A stretch of DNA of 42,584 nucleotides from a bacterium (GCA_049970495.1 JBMFMV010000007.1:1-42584); one strand, 5' to 3'. Shown: positions 28,939-38,602, counted from the first letter of the stretch. The notes: generated from the sequence alone by a model not told the origin. Program-made: numbers and translations.

Positions 28939-29997
28939 CTATATAGACCTTCCCTTCTTTCTATATACATAAGCTAATACCTCAGCTACAGCTTGATAGA
29001 GTTTTGGAGGGATTTCTTCTCCCACCTCTACTAATCTGTATAGCATCTGAGCAAGGGGAGGGTTTACAACAATAGGTATATTCCATCTTCTAGCCTCATT
29101 TTTTATCCTCTCTGCCATAAGTCTGGCTCCTTTAGCTATTACTATAGGAGCATTCATTGTCTTTATATCATATTTCAAAGCAACCGCATACTCTACCGGG
29201 TTTGTGATAACTACATCTGCCTTTTTTACCTCCTGCATCATTCTCCTTGTTGCTAGTTCTCTTTGCTTCTGCTTTATTCTGCTTCTTATAAGAGGGTCCC
29301 CTTCTGTTTCTTTTAGTTCTTCCTTTAATTCTTCTCTTGTCATCCTTATACTAGCTTCAAATTCTTTTCTTTGTAGCATATAGTCCAGTACCCCAACGGC
29401 TAATAATATTATTCCTGCCTGTTGGGAAAACTTTATTATATTTCCTATTATAAATTCAAGACTGGTAGAAATAGACATCTTCCAAAGAGAAAAAACCTCT
29501 ATACTTATATTTCGGATAAAACTGTAACCTAGATAACTGAGAAGAACAAGTTTTATGATGGCTTTAAGAATATCTATCAACGCTCTCTTAGAAAATATTC
29601 TCCTTATTCCCATTAAGGGATTTATTCTAGAAAATCTTGGAGTAATAGCTTCAAAAGAGAAGAGAAAACCTGTCTGGATAAATCCTACTATTAGGGTAAC
29701 TATAAATATTATCCCTAAGATTGGAAGAATTATAGGGATAAATTTATAACTTAAGTCTATAACAATTCCTCTTAAGTTCTGTGGCGTTATACTGGTCTTA
29801 TGCATTCCTCCTATAAGTGTTGCAAGTAGTAATTTGAATTGGTGATACATATTAGGGATAAGAGAGGATATAATCATAACTCCCGATATGAAAACTAAGC
29901 CAGAAACTAATTCATGGCTTATGGCTATTTGTCCTTTTCTTCTTGCTTCTTCTCTACGCCGAGGAGTTGCTTGTTCTGTCCTTTCTCCATCAGGCAT
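28939..29997 (-). CDS. flhB: Flagellar export substrate-switch protein FlhB
   Basis: ERTEQATPRR, EGDPLIRSR, ADVVITNPVEYAVAL, LYQAVAEVLAYVY. Confidence 0.96.
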   Translation of the reverse strand: MPDGERTEQATPRRREEARRKGQIAISHELVSGLVFISGVMIISSLIPNMYHQFKLLLATLIGGMHKTSITPQNLRGIVIDLSYKFIPIILPILGIIFIVTLIVGFIQTGFLFSFEAITPRFSRINPLMGIRRIFSKRALIDILKAIIKLVLLSYLGYSFIRNISIEVFSLWKMSISTSLEFIIGNIIKFSQQAGIILLAVGVLDYMLQRKEFEASIRMTREELKEELKETEGDPLIRSRIKQKQRELATRRMMQEVKKADVVITNPVEYAVALKYDIKTMNAPIVIAKGARLMAERIKNEARRWNIPIVVNPPLAQMLYRLVEVGEEIPPKLYQAVAEVLAYVYRKKGRSI

Positions 29998-29999
29998 AA

Positions 30000-30776
30000 C
30001 TATCTGAACCCCTTTATAATAGAAATCATCTCTCTTACTAAATAGGGTAACTCTCTATTTATAAGGTCTGGGATATTTCCAATAAGTACAACTAAAGCAA
30101 GGAGTGCTAAGCCAGTTTTTAAAGGTAGCCCAATTATAAATATGTTAATTTGAGGGACGGTTCTTGCTATGATTCCAATTATTATATCTACAAGAAGCAT
30201 AGTTGTTATTATCGGTGCAGTAAAATTTAAAGCTACCTGTAGGACAAAATTCCCTAAAAGATTGAATGATTCTATAAATACATAGTTGTTTAAGTTTATC
30301 TCTCCTATAGGAACAAGGTTAAAGCTGTAACCTACTGCCTCTAGGACTCGCAAATGTCCTCCACTTATTATAAATATGAATATCCCTAAGACAAAGAGGA
30401 GATCTCCTATGGGAGATAGTTGAATATCAAAGGCTGGATTAACTATATTAGCAAGACTTAAGCCTATCTGAAAGTCTATAATCTGCCCTGCTAATTGAAG
30501 CATGTAGAAGATTATATTACTAAGCAAACCAATAACAAGCCCTATAATTATTTCCTTTATTCCTAGTACTATAAGAGTATTAATTTCTGGTAACTCTTTT
30601 AACCTATATAGCTGAACTAGCACAAGGCTCATACTAATGGCTAAAAGTAGTCTTATAGAATTAGACATAATTCTAAAACCAAAAGGTTGAAATATAGAGA
30701 GTATAGTAAATAATCTAAGAAAGATTAATAAAAAACTAACTACTTGTAGTACTGATACTCCAAGTATATCTATCAT
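30000..30776 (-). CDS. fliR: Flagellar export protein FliR
   Basis: AGQIIDFQIG, RTVPQINIFIIGLP; operon position. Confidence 0.93.
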   Translation of the reverse strand: MIDILGVSVLQVVSFLLIFLRLFTILSIFQPFGFRIMSNSIRLLLAISMSLVLVQLYRLKELPEINTLIVLGIKEIIIGLVIGLLSNIIFYMLQLAGQIIDFQIGLSLANIVNPAFDIQLSPIGDLLFVLGIFIFIISGGHLRVLEAVGYSFNLVPIGEINLNNYVFIESFNLLGNFVLQVALNFTAPIITTMLLVDIIIGIIARTVPQINIFIIGLPLKTGLALLALVVLIGNIPDLINRELPYLVREMISIIKGFR

Positions 30777-31042
30777 GGCAAAATATTACCCATTTTAATA
30801 AATATCTCTTTACTAAAGTCTATTAATATATTAAGCATCCATCCCCCTAGTAATATTAATATAAGAAATACCACTAGTATCTTAGGTACAAATGCTAATG
30901 TTGCTTCATGTATCTGAGTTAAAGACTGAAAGAGGCTAATAAGAATACCTATTACTAGGCTTGCCACTAATGCCGGTCCACTTACCATAACTACAATCAT
31001 TAGTGAATGCTTCATAAGAGTTACTGCTTCGCTTAAACTCAC
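30773..31042 (-). CDS. fliQ: Flagellar export protein FliQ
   Basis: FQSLTQIHEATLAFVPK. Confidence 0.95.
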   Translation of the reverse strand: MSLSEAVTLMKHSLMIVVMVSGPALVASLVIGILISLFQSLTQIHEATLAFVPKILVVFLILILLGGWMLNILIDFSKEIFIKMGNILP

Positions 31043-31047
31043 TTATC

Positions 31048-31812
31048 TCACCTAAAGCTCTGAACCAGAGAATTAACTACAAGAGACCAACCGTCTACAA
31101 GGACAAATAAGAGTAATTTAAATGGCAATGAAATCATTACCGGAGGCAACATAAGCATACCCATAGCCATTAGTATACTTGCAACTATCATATCTATGAC
31201 TAGAAATGGTAGATACAACATAAAACCCATTTGGAATGCAGATGTAAGCTCACTGATCATGAATGAAGGGATAAGGACGTAAGTAGGTACATCATCCCTG
31301 GTGTTAGGTCTAGGAATTTTAGCAAGTTTTACAAATAATGCCAGATCATTCTCTCTAGTTTGTCTAAACATAAAATCCCTTAAGGGTTTTATCCCTCTAT
31401 TTATTGCTTCTTGAAATGTTATTTCCCCCTTTATGTAGGGTTGCCAACTTATTTTTTCTATCTGAGAAAATGTTGGAAACATCGTAAAGAAAGTTAAGAA
31501 AAGAGCTAAGGCAGATATTACCTGACCTGGAGGTATTTGCTGGGTTCCTAAAGAAGACCTTAAAAAGCTTAGTACTATTATAATTCTAGTAAAGGATGTT
31601 ACCATAATAGCTATAGAGGGAGCTAAAGCCAATACCGTTATTATTCCTAGGAGTTGTAGAGTCCCTGCTATGTCCTGTGGTTTATCCGAAGGGGCCACCT
31701 CTATTTTGAATGAGGGTAGCTCTTGAGCAATAGAGTAGCTTGGAATAAAAGAGGTTACTATGATGAGATATAGACATATAAATCCTTTTAAAATACTAAT
31801 CATCTTTTTCAT
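31048..31812 (-). CDS. fliP: Flagellar export protein FliP
   Basis: TSFTRIIIVL, MGMLMLPPVMISLPFKLLLFVLVDGW. Confidence 0.97.
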   Translation of the reverse strand: MKKMISILKGFICLYLIIVTSFIPSYSIAQELPSFKIEVAPSDKPQDIAGTLQLLGIITVLALAPSIAIMVTSFTRIIIVLSFLRSSLGTQQIPPGQVISALALFLTFFTMFPTFSQIEKISWQPYIKGEITFQEAINRGIKPLRDFMFRQTRENDLALFVKLAKIPRPNTRDDVPTYVLIPSFMISELTSAFQMGFMLYLPFLVIDMIVASILMAMGMLMLPPVMISLPFKLLLFVLVDGWSLVVNSLVQSFR

Positions 31813-32044
31813 CTGTAAATTCTTTTAAAAGAACTATACTATTAGGACTACAACCTATTAGAAAACATTTGTCTTTATACTTTACTATGTGCAAAGAGGT
31901 ATTTGTTCCCAGATAAAGCCCTTCTACATGTCTTAGCTCTTTCGAAGGGAGCCTTATCCAAGGAATCTTTTTGTTTTTTATAATCCACCATACAGTAATT
32001 AAAAGCCCTAAGACTACTGTAAATGCTAATAAAAATCTTAACAT
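31796..32044 (-). CDS. fliO: FliO/FliZ-like export chaperone (short)
   Basis: N-terminal TM plus beta-rich segment (LYLG..SLHIVK..FLIG); immediately upstream of fliP. Confidence 0.8.
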   Translation of the reverse strand: MLRFLLAFTVVLGLLITVWWIIKNKKIPWIRLPSKELRHVEGLYLGTNTSLHIVKYKDKCFLIGCSPNSIVLLKEFTDEKDD

Positions 32045-32050
32045 CTAACA

Positions 32051-32413
32051 TCAGCCTAAGACTTTCCTTACCGCTTCTAAAACCCTATCAGGTTGAAAAG
32101 GCTTTACTACAAAATCTTTAGCCCCAGCCTGAATAGACTCTATCACCATTGCCTGTTGTCCCATAGCACTACACATAATAATTCTTGCTTCAGGGTCAAT
32201 CTTTTTTATCTCTTTTACTGCAGTGATTCCATCCATTTCTGGCATTGTAATGTCCATAGTTACTAGGTCTGGTTTAAGTTCCTTATACAAGTTTACTGCT
32301 TCAAGTCCATTAGATGCCTCACCAATTATTTCATATCCATTTTGAGACAGTATGTTTTTTAACATCATACGCATAAAAGCGGCATCATCAACAATTAGAA
32401 TCTTTTTGCCCAT
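32051..32413 (-). CDS. cheY: Chemotaxis response regulator
   Basis: VDDAAFMRMML, TMDITMP, CSAMGQQ, VKPF (Bacillus/Thermotoga type). Confidence 0.96.
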   Translation of the reverse strand: MGKKILIVDDAAFMRMMLKNILSQNGYEIIGEASNGLEAVNLYKELKPDLVTMDITMPEMDGITAVKEIKKIDPEARIIMCSAMGQQAMVIESIQAGAKDFVVKPFQPDRVLEAVRKVLG

Positions 32414-33334
32414 TTATTCCTCCTCCAATCTCTTTTCAGGACTGATTATTTCTATAATACGAACACCAAAATTTTCATCAATTACAACTACTTCTCCCTT
32501 AGCTATAAGCTTTCCATTTACAAGTATATCTACCGGTTCTCCGGCAAGTTTATCTAATTCTATTATAGACCCCGAGGATAATGCCAATAGATCCTTTATT
32601 AACATCTTAGTCCTGCCTAACTCAACAGAAATCTGAATAGGAACATCTTTTAATAAATCTAAGTTACTAACTTTTTCTACACTCTCTTGCGATGAACTTA
32701 ATGGTTGAAAGGTGACTGATTGTACGGATGGTGCATCCTCTGCCGATATAACTTTACTCTCATTAACAACTTTTTCATCCCTATTAATTGTCATTTCTAT
32801 AGAATTCTTGGGCATTAATTTTTCCTCCGAAGCCTTCTCTACTATCTGATATATACTACTATTACTACTATCTATGTTAAGCCCATACTTAAAGCCAATA
32901 AAACCTTCTTTGAATATCATCTCTCTTGCATTATCATCTAACCGATAGACTTGAGGAGGCTCTATCTGTAGTTTCCTTCCGATAACCTCAGATAAAGAGA
33001 GAGCCATAGCACTAATCATTTGACTGAAAGCTTCAGAGATAGCACTTAATGAGATATCATTAAATTCTGATATTATATTCTCTTCACCCATCATAAAGGT
33101 CGCTATAGCTAAGGCATCATGATCCTCCACTAAAAAGAATAACTTACTTATGTCATGTATAGCGCTACTTACAACAATGTAAGTCTTCCCTAAAATTTCC
33201 ATGCCAATCTTCTCTATATTTTTTCTCTCTATATTTGTGACAAGGATATTTTTACCTACCAATGCGGATAAAGTAGTAATCGATGACTTCATAGCAGATA
33301 GCCATATATCTTCAATACTCTTTATTGTCCTCAT
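32414..33334 (-). CDS. fliY: C-ring protein FliY/FliN (degenerate CheC-like domain plus FliN domain)
   Basis: C-terminal SpoA/FliN domain (ISVELGRT..LDKLAGEPVDILVNG..GEVVV); CheC-like N-terminal domain. Confidence 0.88.
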   Translation of the reverse strand: MRTIKSIEDIWLSAMKSSITTLSALVGKNILVTNIERKNIEKIGMEILGKTYIVVSSAIHDISKLFFLVEDHDALAIATFMMGEENIISEFNDISLSAISEAFSQMISAMALSLSEVIGRKLQIEPPQVYRLDDNAREMIFKEGFIGFKYGLNIDSSNSSIYQIVEKASEEKLMPKNSIEMTINRDEKVVNESKVISAEDAPSVQSVTFQPLSSSQESVEKVSNLDLLKDVPIQISVELGRTKMLIKDLLALSSGSIIELDKLAGEPVDILVNGKLIAKGEVVVIDENFGVRIIEIISPEKRLEEE

Positions 33335-34321
33335 CTATCCACTCCTTACTATATTGCTTAAGATTTTTATGCCTATCTTTTTATTAATTCTTCCAGGTCT
33401 ACCTAAATACTTTGGCTGATTTCCAACTTTTACTGTTAAGGGATCCATTACAAGTGTATCTAATTTTATCATATCCCCTACCTTTAGGTTAAGAAGGTCC
33501 TCAAATTTGATCTCTGCTGTTCCAAGTTCCACCACTATCGGTATCTCAATATTTTCTAATTTTTCTTTAAGTCTCTGTATAATTTCTTCCTGTCTAGAAC
33601 CTCTCCTAGAAAACCACTGTCTAGCGCTTAATTTTGGTAATATCGCTTCTAACATGTCACTTGGTATACAAAGGTTCATCAAACCACTAGCACTATCCCC
33701 TATCTGGATAGAAAAGGAGATAAGAGCTACAACTGACGAGGGTGGAACAATCTGTTGTATAAATTGTGGATTTGTCTCTATCCCAGACCTTATTGGGGAG
33801 GTCTTTATTATTGAGCTCCAAGCCTCTCCTAATAATTCTAAAGTCCTATCCACTATATCTTCCATAATGCTCATTTCTATATCGGTAAGTTCTCTATTTT
33901 TCTTAAGCCCTCTCCCCGGACCACCTAACAGCCTATCTACCATACTAAATACAATATTATTACTTATTTCTAATAGCGCAGTTCCATTTAGTGATTCCAT
34001 ACTATAGACGACTATAAATGACGGGATGGGTACACTTTGAATGTATTCCCCGTATGGAAGCTGATCTACACTTGCTATATTACAGTGTGTTACAGTTCTT
34101 AGCCTGCTTGAAAGATAAAGAGATAGAGACCTAGAAAAACTTTCATGGAGCATCTCCAAAGTACGCAGCTGGTCTTTAGAAAATTTGCTTGGTCTTCTAA
34201 AATCATATGGTTTTATCTTACGCTCTTTACGTTCTTCTCCTACCTCTTCTACTTTTAATTGCCCTGAGGTAAGGGCAGATAACAGAGTATCTATCTCTTC
34301 TTGAGAAAGTATCTCTGGCAT
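33335..34321 (-). CDS. fliM: Motor switch protein FliM
   Basis: LSQEEIDTLL, YDFRRPSKFSKDQLR, DRLLGG, ETNPQF. Confidence 0.96.
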   Translation of the reverse strand: MPEILSQEEIDTLLSALTSGQLKVEEVGEERKERKIKPYDFRRPSKFSKDQLRTLEMLHESFSRSLSLYLSSRLRTVTHCNIASVDQLPYGEYIQSVPIPSFIVVYSMESLNGTALLEISNNIVFSMVDRLLGGPGRGLKKNRELTDIEMSIMEDIVDRTLELLGEAWSSIIKTSPIRSGIETNPQFIQQIVPPSSVVALISFSIQIGDSASGLMNLCIPSDMLEAILPKLSARQWFSRRGSRQEEIIQRLKEKLENIEIPIVVELGTAEIKFEDLLNLKVGDMIKLDTLVMDPLTVKVGNQPKYLGRPGRINKKIGIKILSNIVRSG

Positions 34322-34329
34322 ACTATCAC

Positions 34330-34746
34330 CTACTGTACCACCATATCGGTAAATAATACTTTTCTAACTATTTTGGTATTTAGTAATGAGTTAAGTCTCT
34401 GAATAATCCTTTCTTTTACTCGCTCAATACCAGCTGGGGTAGATAATTCATTAACCTTAGCCCCATTAAATACTAATATTATCTCATCTCTTATTCTAGG
34501 CATCTCTGTCTCTACTATTTTAGCAGCGCTACTATTAATCACCTCTAAAGAAACAGAGACCTTAATGTAATGAAATATATTACCTTCATTAGCTAGATTC
34601 GTAAGTATTTCTTTTTTTAATGAGACTATTACAGGTTTTTCCTGCTGTTTTGAATTATTAGAACCAGTTACAAATTTTAATGCTAAGATTATTCCTCCTA
34701 TTAAGACTAATGCAATAATAGCTATTATAATTACTATCTTTTTCAT
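34330..34746 (-). CDS. fliL: Flagellar basal body-associated protein FliL
   Basis: N-terminal TM, TNLA, PRIRD, VLFTDMVVQ. Confidence 0.9.
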   Translation of the reverse strand: MKKIVIIIAIIALVLIGGIILALKFVTGSNNSKQQEKPVIVSLKKEILTNLANEGNIFHYIKVSVSLEVINSSAAKIVETEMPRIRDEIILVFNGAKVNELSTPAGIERVKERIIQRLNSLLNTKIVRKVLFTDMVVQ

Positions 34747-35492
34747 TTGCCATTTACCTCTTCCTTAATCATTATTGGAGGTTCTCCCTTAGATGCTTCT
34801 TCTAAAAGAACAACAATATCTACCCTTCTATTTCTAGCTCTATGTTCTTCTGTATCGTTAGGGAATAGTGGTCTATATTCACCATAACCTACAGCCGACA
34901 TCTTTTCAGGGGACAACCCTACATGTTCAACTAAGTATCTTAGTACTGTTGTGGCACGAGCGGTAGAAAGTTCCCAATTAGAAGGGAATTGTGGAGTATT
35001 TATCGGAAGATTATCTGTATGCCCCTCTATTCTTATCTGATTTGGAAGTTCTTTTAGTGCCTTTCCTATATTGTCTAGTATCTGTTTAGATCTCGGTTTT
35101 AGTTCTGCTTTTCCTAGATCAAAAAAAGTTGAATCCTTTATACTTATAACTAGACCTCTTTCATTTATATTTGTCTCAACTGCTCCTTTTAAACCTGAAG
35201 ATTCTACTATATTCATTATCTGGTGCATTGCCTCCGCAAGTTGCACTAAATTAGCCCTAGTAGGACCTAATGTCTCTACAGTAATACTCTGCCCACCTGA
35301 TAAAATACCAGTTCCACCTTTAAAAGCAGACTGAAGTGAAATTGCTAACTCTCTAAATCTAGCTGCATCTATGCTAGAAAAGGTAAATAGCATAACAAAG
35401 AATATTAATATCTGAGTTACCATATCTCCATAAGAAGTCATCCATAGTGGAGCCCCAGGAGGCGGATTTTCAGGTTTTTTCTTTAACGCCAT
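34743..35492 (-). CDS. motB: Stator B subunit (MotB/MotS/PomB family)
   Basis: WMTSYGDMVT TM segment; OmpA-like domain EGHTD..SNWELSTARA..RNRRV. Confidence 0.95.
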   Translation of the reverse strand: MALKKKPENPPPGAPLWMTSYGDMVTQILIFFVMLFTFSSIDAARFRELAISLQSAFKGGTGILSGGQSITVETLGPTRANLVQLAEAMHQIMNIVESSGLKGAVETNINERGLVISIKDSTFFDLGKAELKPRSKQILDNIGKALKELPNQIRIEGHTDNLPINTPQFPSNWELSTARATTVLRYLVEHVGLSPEKMSAVGYGEYRPLFPNDTEEHRARNRRVDIVVLLEEASKGEPPIMIKEEVNGK

Positions 35493-36276
35493 AAATCTCT
35501 TCTACCTCTCTTTCCTGCTGTACTTTCTTTCTTACCTTAGGAGATAAGAATACATGAAGTTTTTGTTCTAATATCCTTGGATTTTCTCCTGCCTGTATAG
35601 AAAGGATACCCTCTATTTCTATAGCTCTTAATAGTGATTCATCTGAACTCTTTAATTTTAATTTATTGGCTATAGGTGCAGCTATAACATAGGCAAGAAA
35701 CGCCCCATAGAATGTAGTTATTAAAGCTAATGCCATAGACGGACCAATAGTTGAAGGATCGTTTAATTGCTTCAACATTCTTATAAGCCCTATCACTGTT
35801 CCTAATAACCCAAATGATGGACCTAAACCAGCTAAAGTTTCAAAGATTCCTATACCTACTTTATGCCTTTCTTCGATAAAGGAGAGTTCTGTCTCTAGAA
35901 TATTTCTTATTAACTCTGGATCTACCCCATCTACTACAAGTTGAATACCTCTTTTTAGAAAATCATCGTCTAAACTACTTATCTCTTCATCTAGGGATAA
36001 AAGCCCTTCTCTCCTAGCTCTTTCTGCCAAAGCAACTAATGTCTTAATAGTCCCCTCATAATCTGGTGTCTTACTAAAGAAAGCTACTTTCAGTACTTGA
36101 ATACTGGCAAGAATCTGATCTAATCTAAAGCTAGTTACAGTAGCCATTATAGCTCCCCCGAATGTAATAAGCATAGAAGGGGGATCAATAAAAGTAGAAA
36201 TACTACCCCCCTGTGTTATTCCAAATATGACAAACAATATACCCCCTACGATACCTAAAAAGGTCGCTATATCCAC
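35470..36276 (-). CDS. motA: Stator A subunit (MotA/PomA family)
   Basis: ARREGLLSL, GIQLVVDG, GTVIGLI, ALITTFYG, IQAGENP. Confidence 0.96.
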   Translation of the reverse strand: MDIATFLGIVGGILFVIFGITQGGSISTFIDPPSMLITFGGAIMATVTSFRLDQILASIQVLKVAFFSKTPDYEGTIKTLVALAERARREGLLSLDEEISSLDDDFLKRGIQLVVDGVDPELIRNILETELSFIEERHKVGIGIFETLAGLGPSFGLLGTVIGLIRMLKQLNDPSTIGPSMALALITTFYGAFLAYVIAAPIANKLKLKSSDESLLRAIEIEGILSIQAGENPRILEQKLHVFLSPKVRKKVQQEREVEEIYGVKEKT

Positions 36277-36293
36277 CTCTTATATTATACCTC

Positions 36294-36491
36294 CTAGTAT
36301 TCTTCTAAAGCTCTATACACAGCTCTCTTATAAGCAATAATCCTTTTTATAATTTCTTCTATAGGTTCTTTAACTACAAACCTCTTACCTGTAGTGAGCG
36401 TAATTGTAGTGTCAGGAGTAGCTTCTATAATCTCTATAAGGTCCGCATTTATAATAATTTTAGTATTGTTAAGGCGAGTAACTTGTATCAT
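36294..36491 (-). CDS. flbD: FlbD/SwrD family protein
   Basis: MIQVTRLN..NADLIEIIEATPDTTITLTTG..VKE. Confidence 0.93.
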   Translation of the reverse strand: MIQVTRLNNTKIIINADLIEIIEATPDTTITLTTGKRFVVKEPIEEIIKRIIAYKRAVYRALEEY

Positions 36492-37723
36492 CTCTTAAGA
36501 TTTACTAGTTCCTGTAGCATCTCATCAGAGGTAGTAATTATCCTAGAGTTAGCTTGAAACCCTCTTTGAGTAATTATCATATTGGTAAATTCGCTGGCTA
36601 AGTCCACATTGGACATCTCTAATGCCCCAACATACAGACTTCCTCTTCCTCCACTTCCAGGAGAACCTATTAAAGGTTCGCCCGAATTAACAGATACCTC
36701 AAAGAGGTTGGAACCGACTCTAGTCAATCCTCCTGGATTACCAAAATTCGCTAATGCTATTTGTCCTAATACTTGATTTAGCCCATTAGAGTAAATACCA
36801 GTTATAACTCCATTATTACTTACAGTAAAGTCTATAAGGGATCCCATCGGATAACCATCCTGATAAGAGACGCTTATACTTGTATTTCCACCAAGTTGAG
36901 TTATATTGGAAAAATCTGGGGTGATGTTAAGTTCTGCCGCACCAGGATTAAAGAGACTTGCAGGTATAACAAGAGGGCTTATAGTAGAACTAGAAGCATT
37001 GTAGGTTCCGTCACTATTAAATACTATAGTATTACTCCATCCACTTACGTCATTTCCATCTATATAAGCAGTTACCGTCCACTCGTTTGTATTAGTCTTC
37101 TCAAAAGTAAATCTTAGTGTATGAGAGACCCCTAGAGAGTCATATATAGTTGTAGGTGCACTGAAAGTTGTGGTTAACGCACTTTGAGCATCTAGGTTTC
37201 CAACAACTTTTACATTTGAGGTTGCCCTTGCCATCATCTGTTGCCCCTTAGGAATAACTAGGGGTTCTACAGGCATACTAGTATCAACTACCCCATTAGT
37301 ATTAGCCTTCCATCCAAGGACTTTATAACCTGTGCTTGGACTTACTAAACTCCCATCTAGTCCTATACTAAATGATCCATCTCTTGTAAAATATTTCTTG
37401 TTGCCATCAGTAACTATAAAGAAGCCATCTCCTTGAATGGCAAAGTCGGTAGGGTTTCCTGTGTATTGGAAGTTGCCAGGGGTATGTATCGTATTAATGC
37501 CTCCTATAATCATCCCCAACCCAACCTGTATTGGATCTGTTCCTCCAATACCATCCTGAGGCGCAGAAGCTCCCCTTAAGGTTTGATAGAAAAGATCTTG
37601 AAATGTAACCCTAGCCATCTTGTAACCAGTAGTATTTACGTTGGCTATATTATTAGCTATAACATCCATCCTTATCTGATGATTCCTTAAACCAGATACT
37701 CCTGCAAACAATGAACGCATCAT
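36488..37723 (-). CDS. flgE: Flagellar hook protein
   Basis: MDVIANNIANVNTTGYK, YDSLG, LEMSNVDLASEFTNMIITQRGFQAN. Confidence 0.96.
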   Translation of the reverse strand: MMRSLFAGVSGLRNHQIRMDVIANNIANVNTTGYKMARVTFQDLFYQTLRGASAPQDGIGGTDPIQVGLGMIIGGINTIHTPGNFQYTGNPTDFAIQGDGFFIVTDGNKKYFTRDGSFSIGLDGSLVSPSTGYKVLGWKANTNGVVDTSMPVEPLVIPKGQQMMARATSNVKVVGNLDAQSALTTTFSAPTTIYDSLGVSHTLRFTFEKTNTNEWTVTAYIDGNDVSGWSNTIVFNSDGTYNASSSTISPLVIPASLFNPGAAELNITPDFSNITQLGGNTSISVSYQDGYPMGSLIDFTVSNNGVITGIYSNGLNQVLGQIALANFGNPGGLTRVGSNLFEVSVNSGEPLIGSPGSGGRGSLYVGALEMSNVDLASEFTNMIITQRGFQANSRIITTSDEMLQELVNLKR

Positions 37724-37746
37724 AATTCAGTAATCCTCCTTTTTAA

Positions 37747-37773
37747 GGGGCCCCCTCTTAGAGGTCCAGCCCC
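37747..37773 (-). promoter_or_regulatory. GC-rich hairpin with internal loop just upstream of the flgE ribosome-binding site
   Basis: Minus strand GGGGC-UGGA-CCUC-UAA-GAGG-GG-GCCCC, then UUAAAAAGGAGG. Confidence 0.6.
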
Positions 37774-37778
37774 GAGTT

Positions 37779-38147
37779 TTATAATATTACCGCTCCATCT
37801 ATATTAGTAAATATTCTATTCTTCAAGTTATCCTCCTCGATAGCAGTTACAATAGTTCTAGTAGGGATATTTATAACAAATGCCTTTCCATTTACAATGA
37901 CTAGTGAATCCTTTACTCCTTTTGAACTTGCTAATTCGATAGCCTTATTTATTCCATCTACCTCTTTCTCACCTATCTCTATACCCCTGAGTAGTATCCT
38001 TTCCTGAGCATGTCTAGAGAGATTAATTTGTCCAAATTTTAACTTAGATTCTAGTACCTCTCTAAAGCTTATTCCAATATTACTAGTAGACTCCTTCTTT
38101 ATCTGGTTTGCAGTTTGCGGTGTAATGTGTTCTATTCGCTTAACCAT
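37779..38147 (-). CDS. Flagellar operon protein (TIGR02530-like)
   Basis: LSRHAQERILLRGI, KGVKDSLV, RTIVTAI, IFTNIDGAVI; lies between flgD and flgE. Confidence 0.88.
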   Translation of the reverse strand: MVKRIEHITPQTANQIKKESTSNIGISFREVLESKLKFGQINLSRHAQERILLRGIEIGEKEVDGINKAIELASSKGVKDSLVIVNGKAFVINIPTRTIVTAIEEDNLKNRIFTNIDGAVIL

Positions 38148-38589
38148 CTGTAATCACCCCTGTAACTAAAGAAACATCATAAGACTCGCCGTTTATCCAA
38201 AGTTTGGGAACACCATTTTCAAATGTAATTTTTGTTACTACTCCAACCTTATTACCTATACTTACTTTCTTACCTAAGAATCCCAATGCCTCTATCCTTA
38301 GTACTTTGTTTAATACCTGGTCTATACTCTCTGACTGCTGTAGAATTGTGTCTAGAGTTGAGAATTGAACTAGCTGGGAAGTAAATTCTTCTGTATTTAT
38401 AGAGTTAATGGGGTCTTGATTTTTTAACTGAGCAAGGAGAAGAATTAGAAACTCGTCCCTATTTATAATGTTAGATGGAGCGCCCCTAGAAATACTCTTA
38501 CTGTTAGTGATTCTTGCTGTTGCTTCTGAACCATCACTATAACTTTTCTCTACCATCCTGGTTAGAGTCCTAATAAGTGGAATTTCCAA
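38140..38589 (-). CDS. flgD: Hook capping protein
   Basis: FLILLLAQLKNQDP..EFTSQLVQFS; GGAGGTGA SD with TTG start. Confidence 0.9.
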   Translation of the reverse strand: MEIPLIRTLTRMVEKSYSDGSEATARITNSKSISRGAPSNIINRDEFLILLLAQLKNQDPINSINTEEFTSQLVQFSTLDTILQQSESIDQVLNKVLRIEALGFLGKKVSIGNKVGVVTKITFENGVPKLWINGESYDVSLVTGVITDG

Positions 38590-38602
38590 TTTATATCACC
38601 TC

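Noticed and set aside
32742..32750. GCCGATAT sigma28-like -10 element
   Set aside because: It is antisense inside fliY with no matching TAAA -35 at the right spacing.
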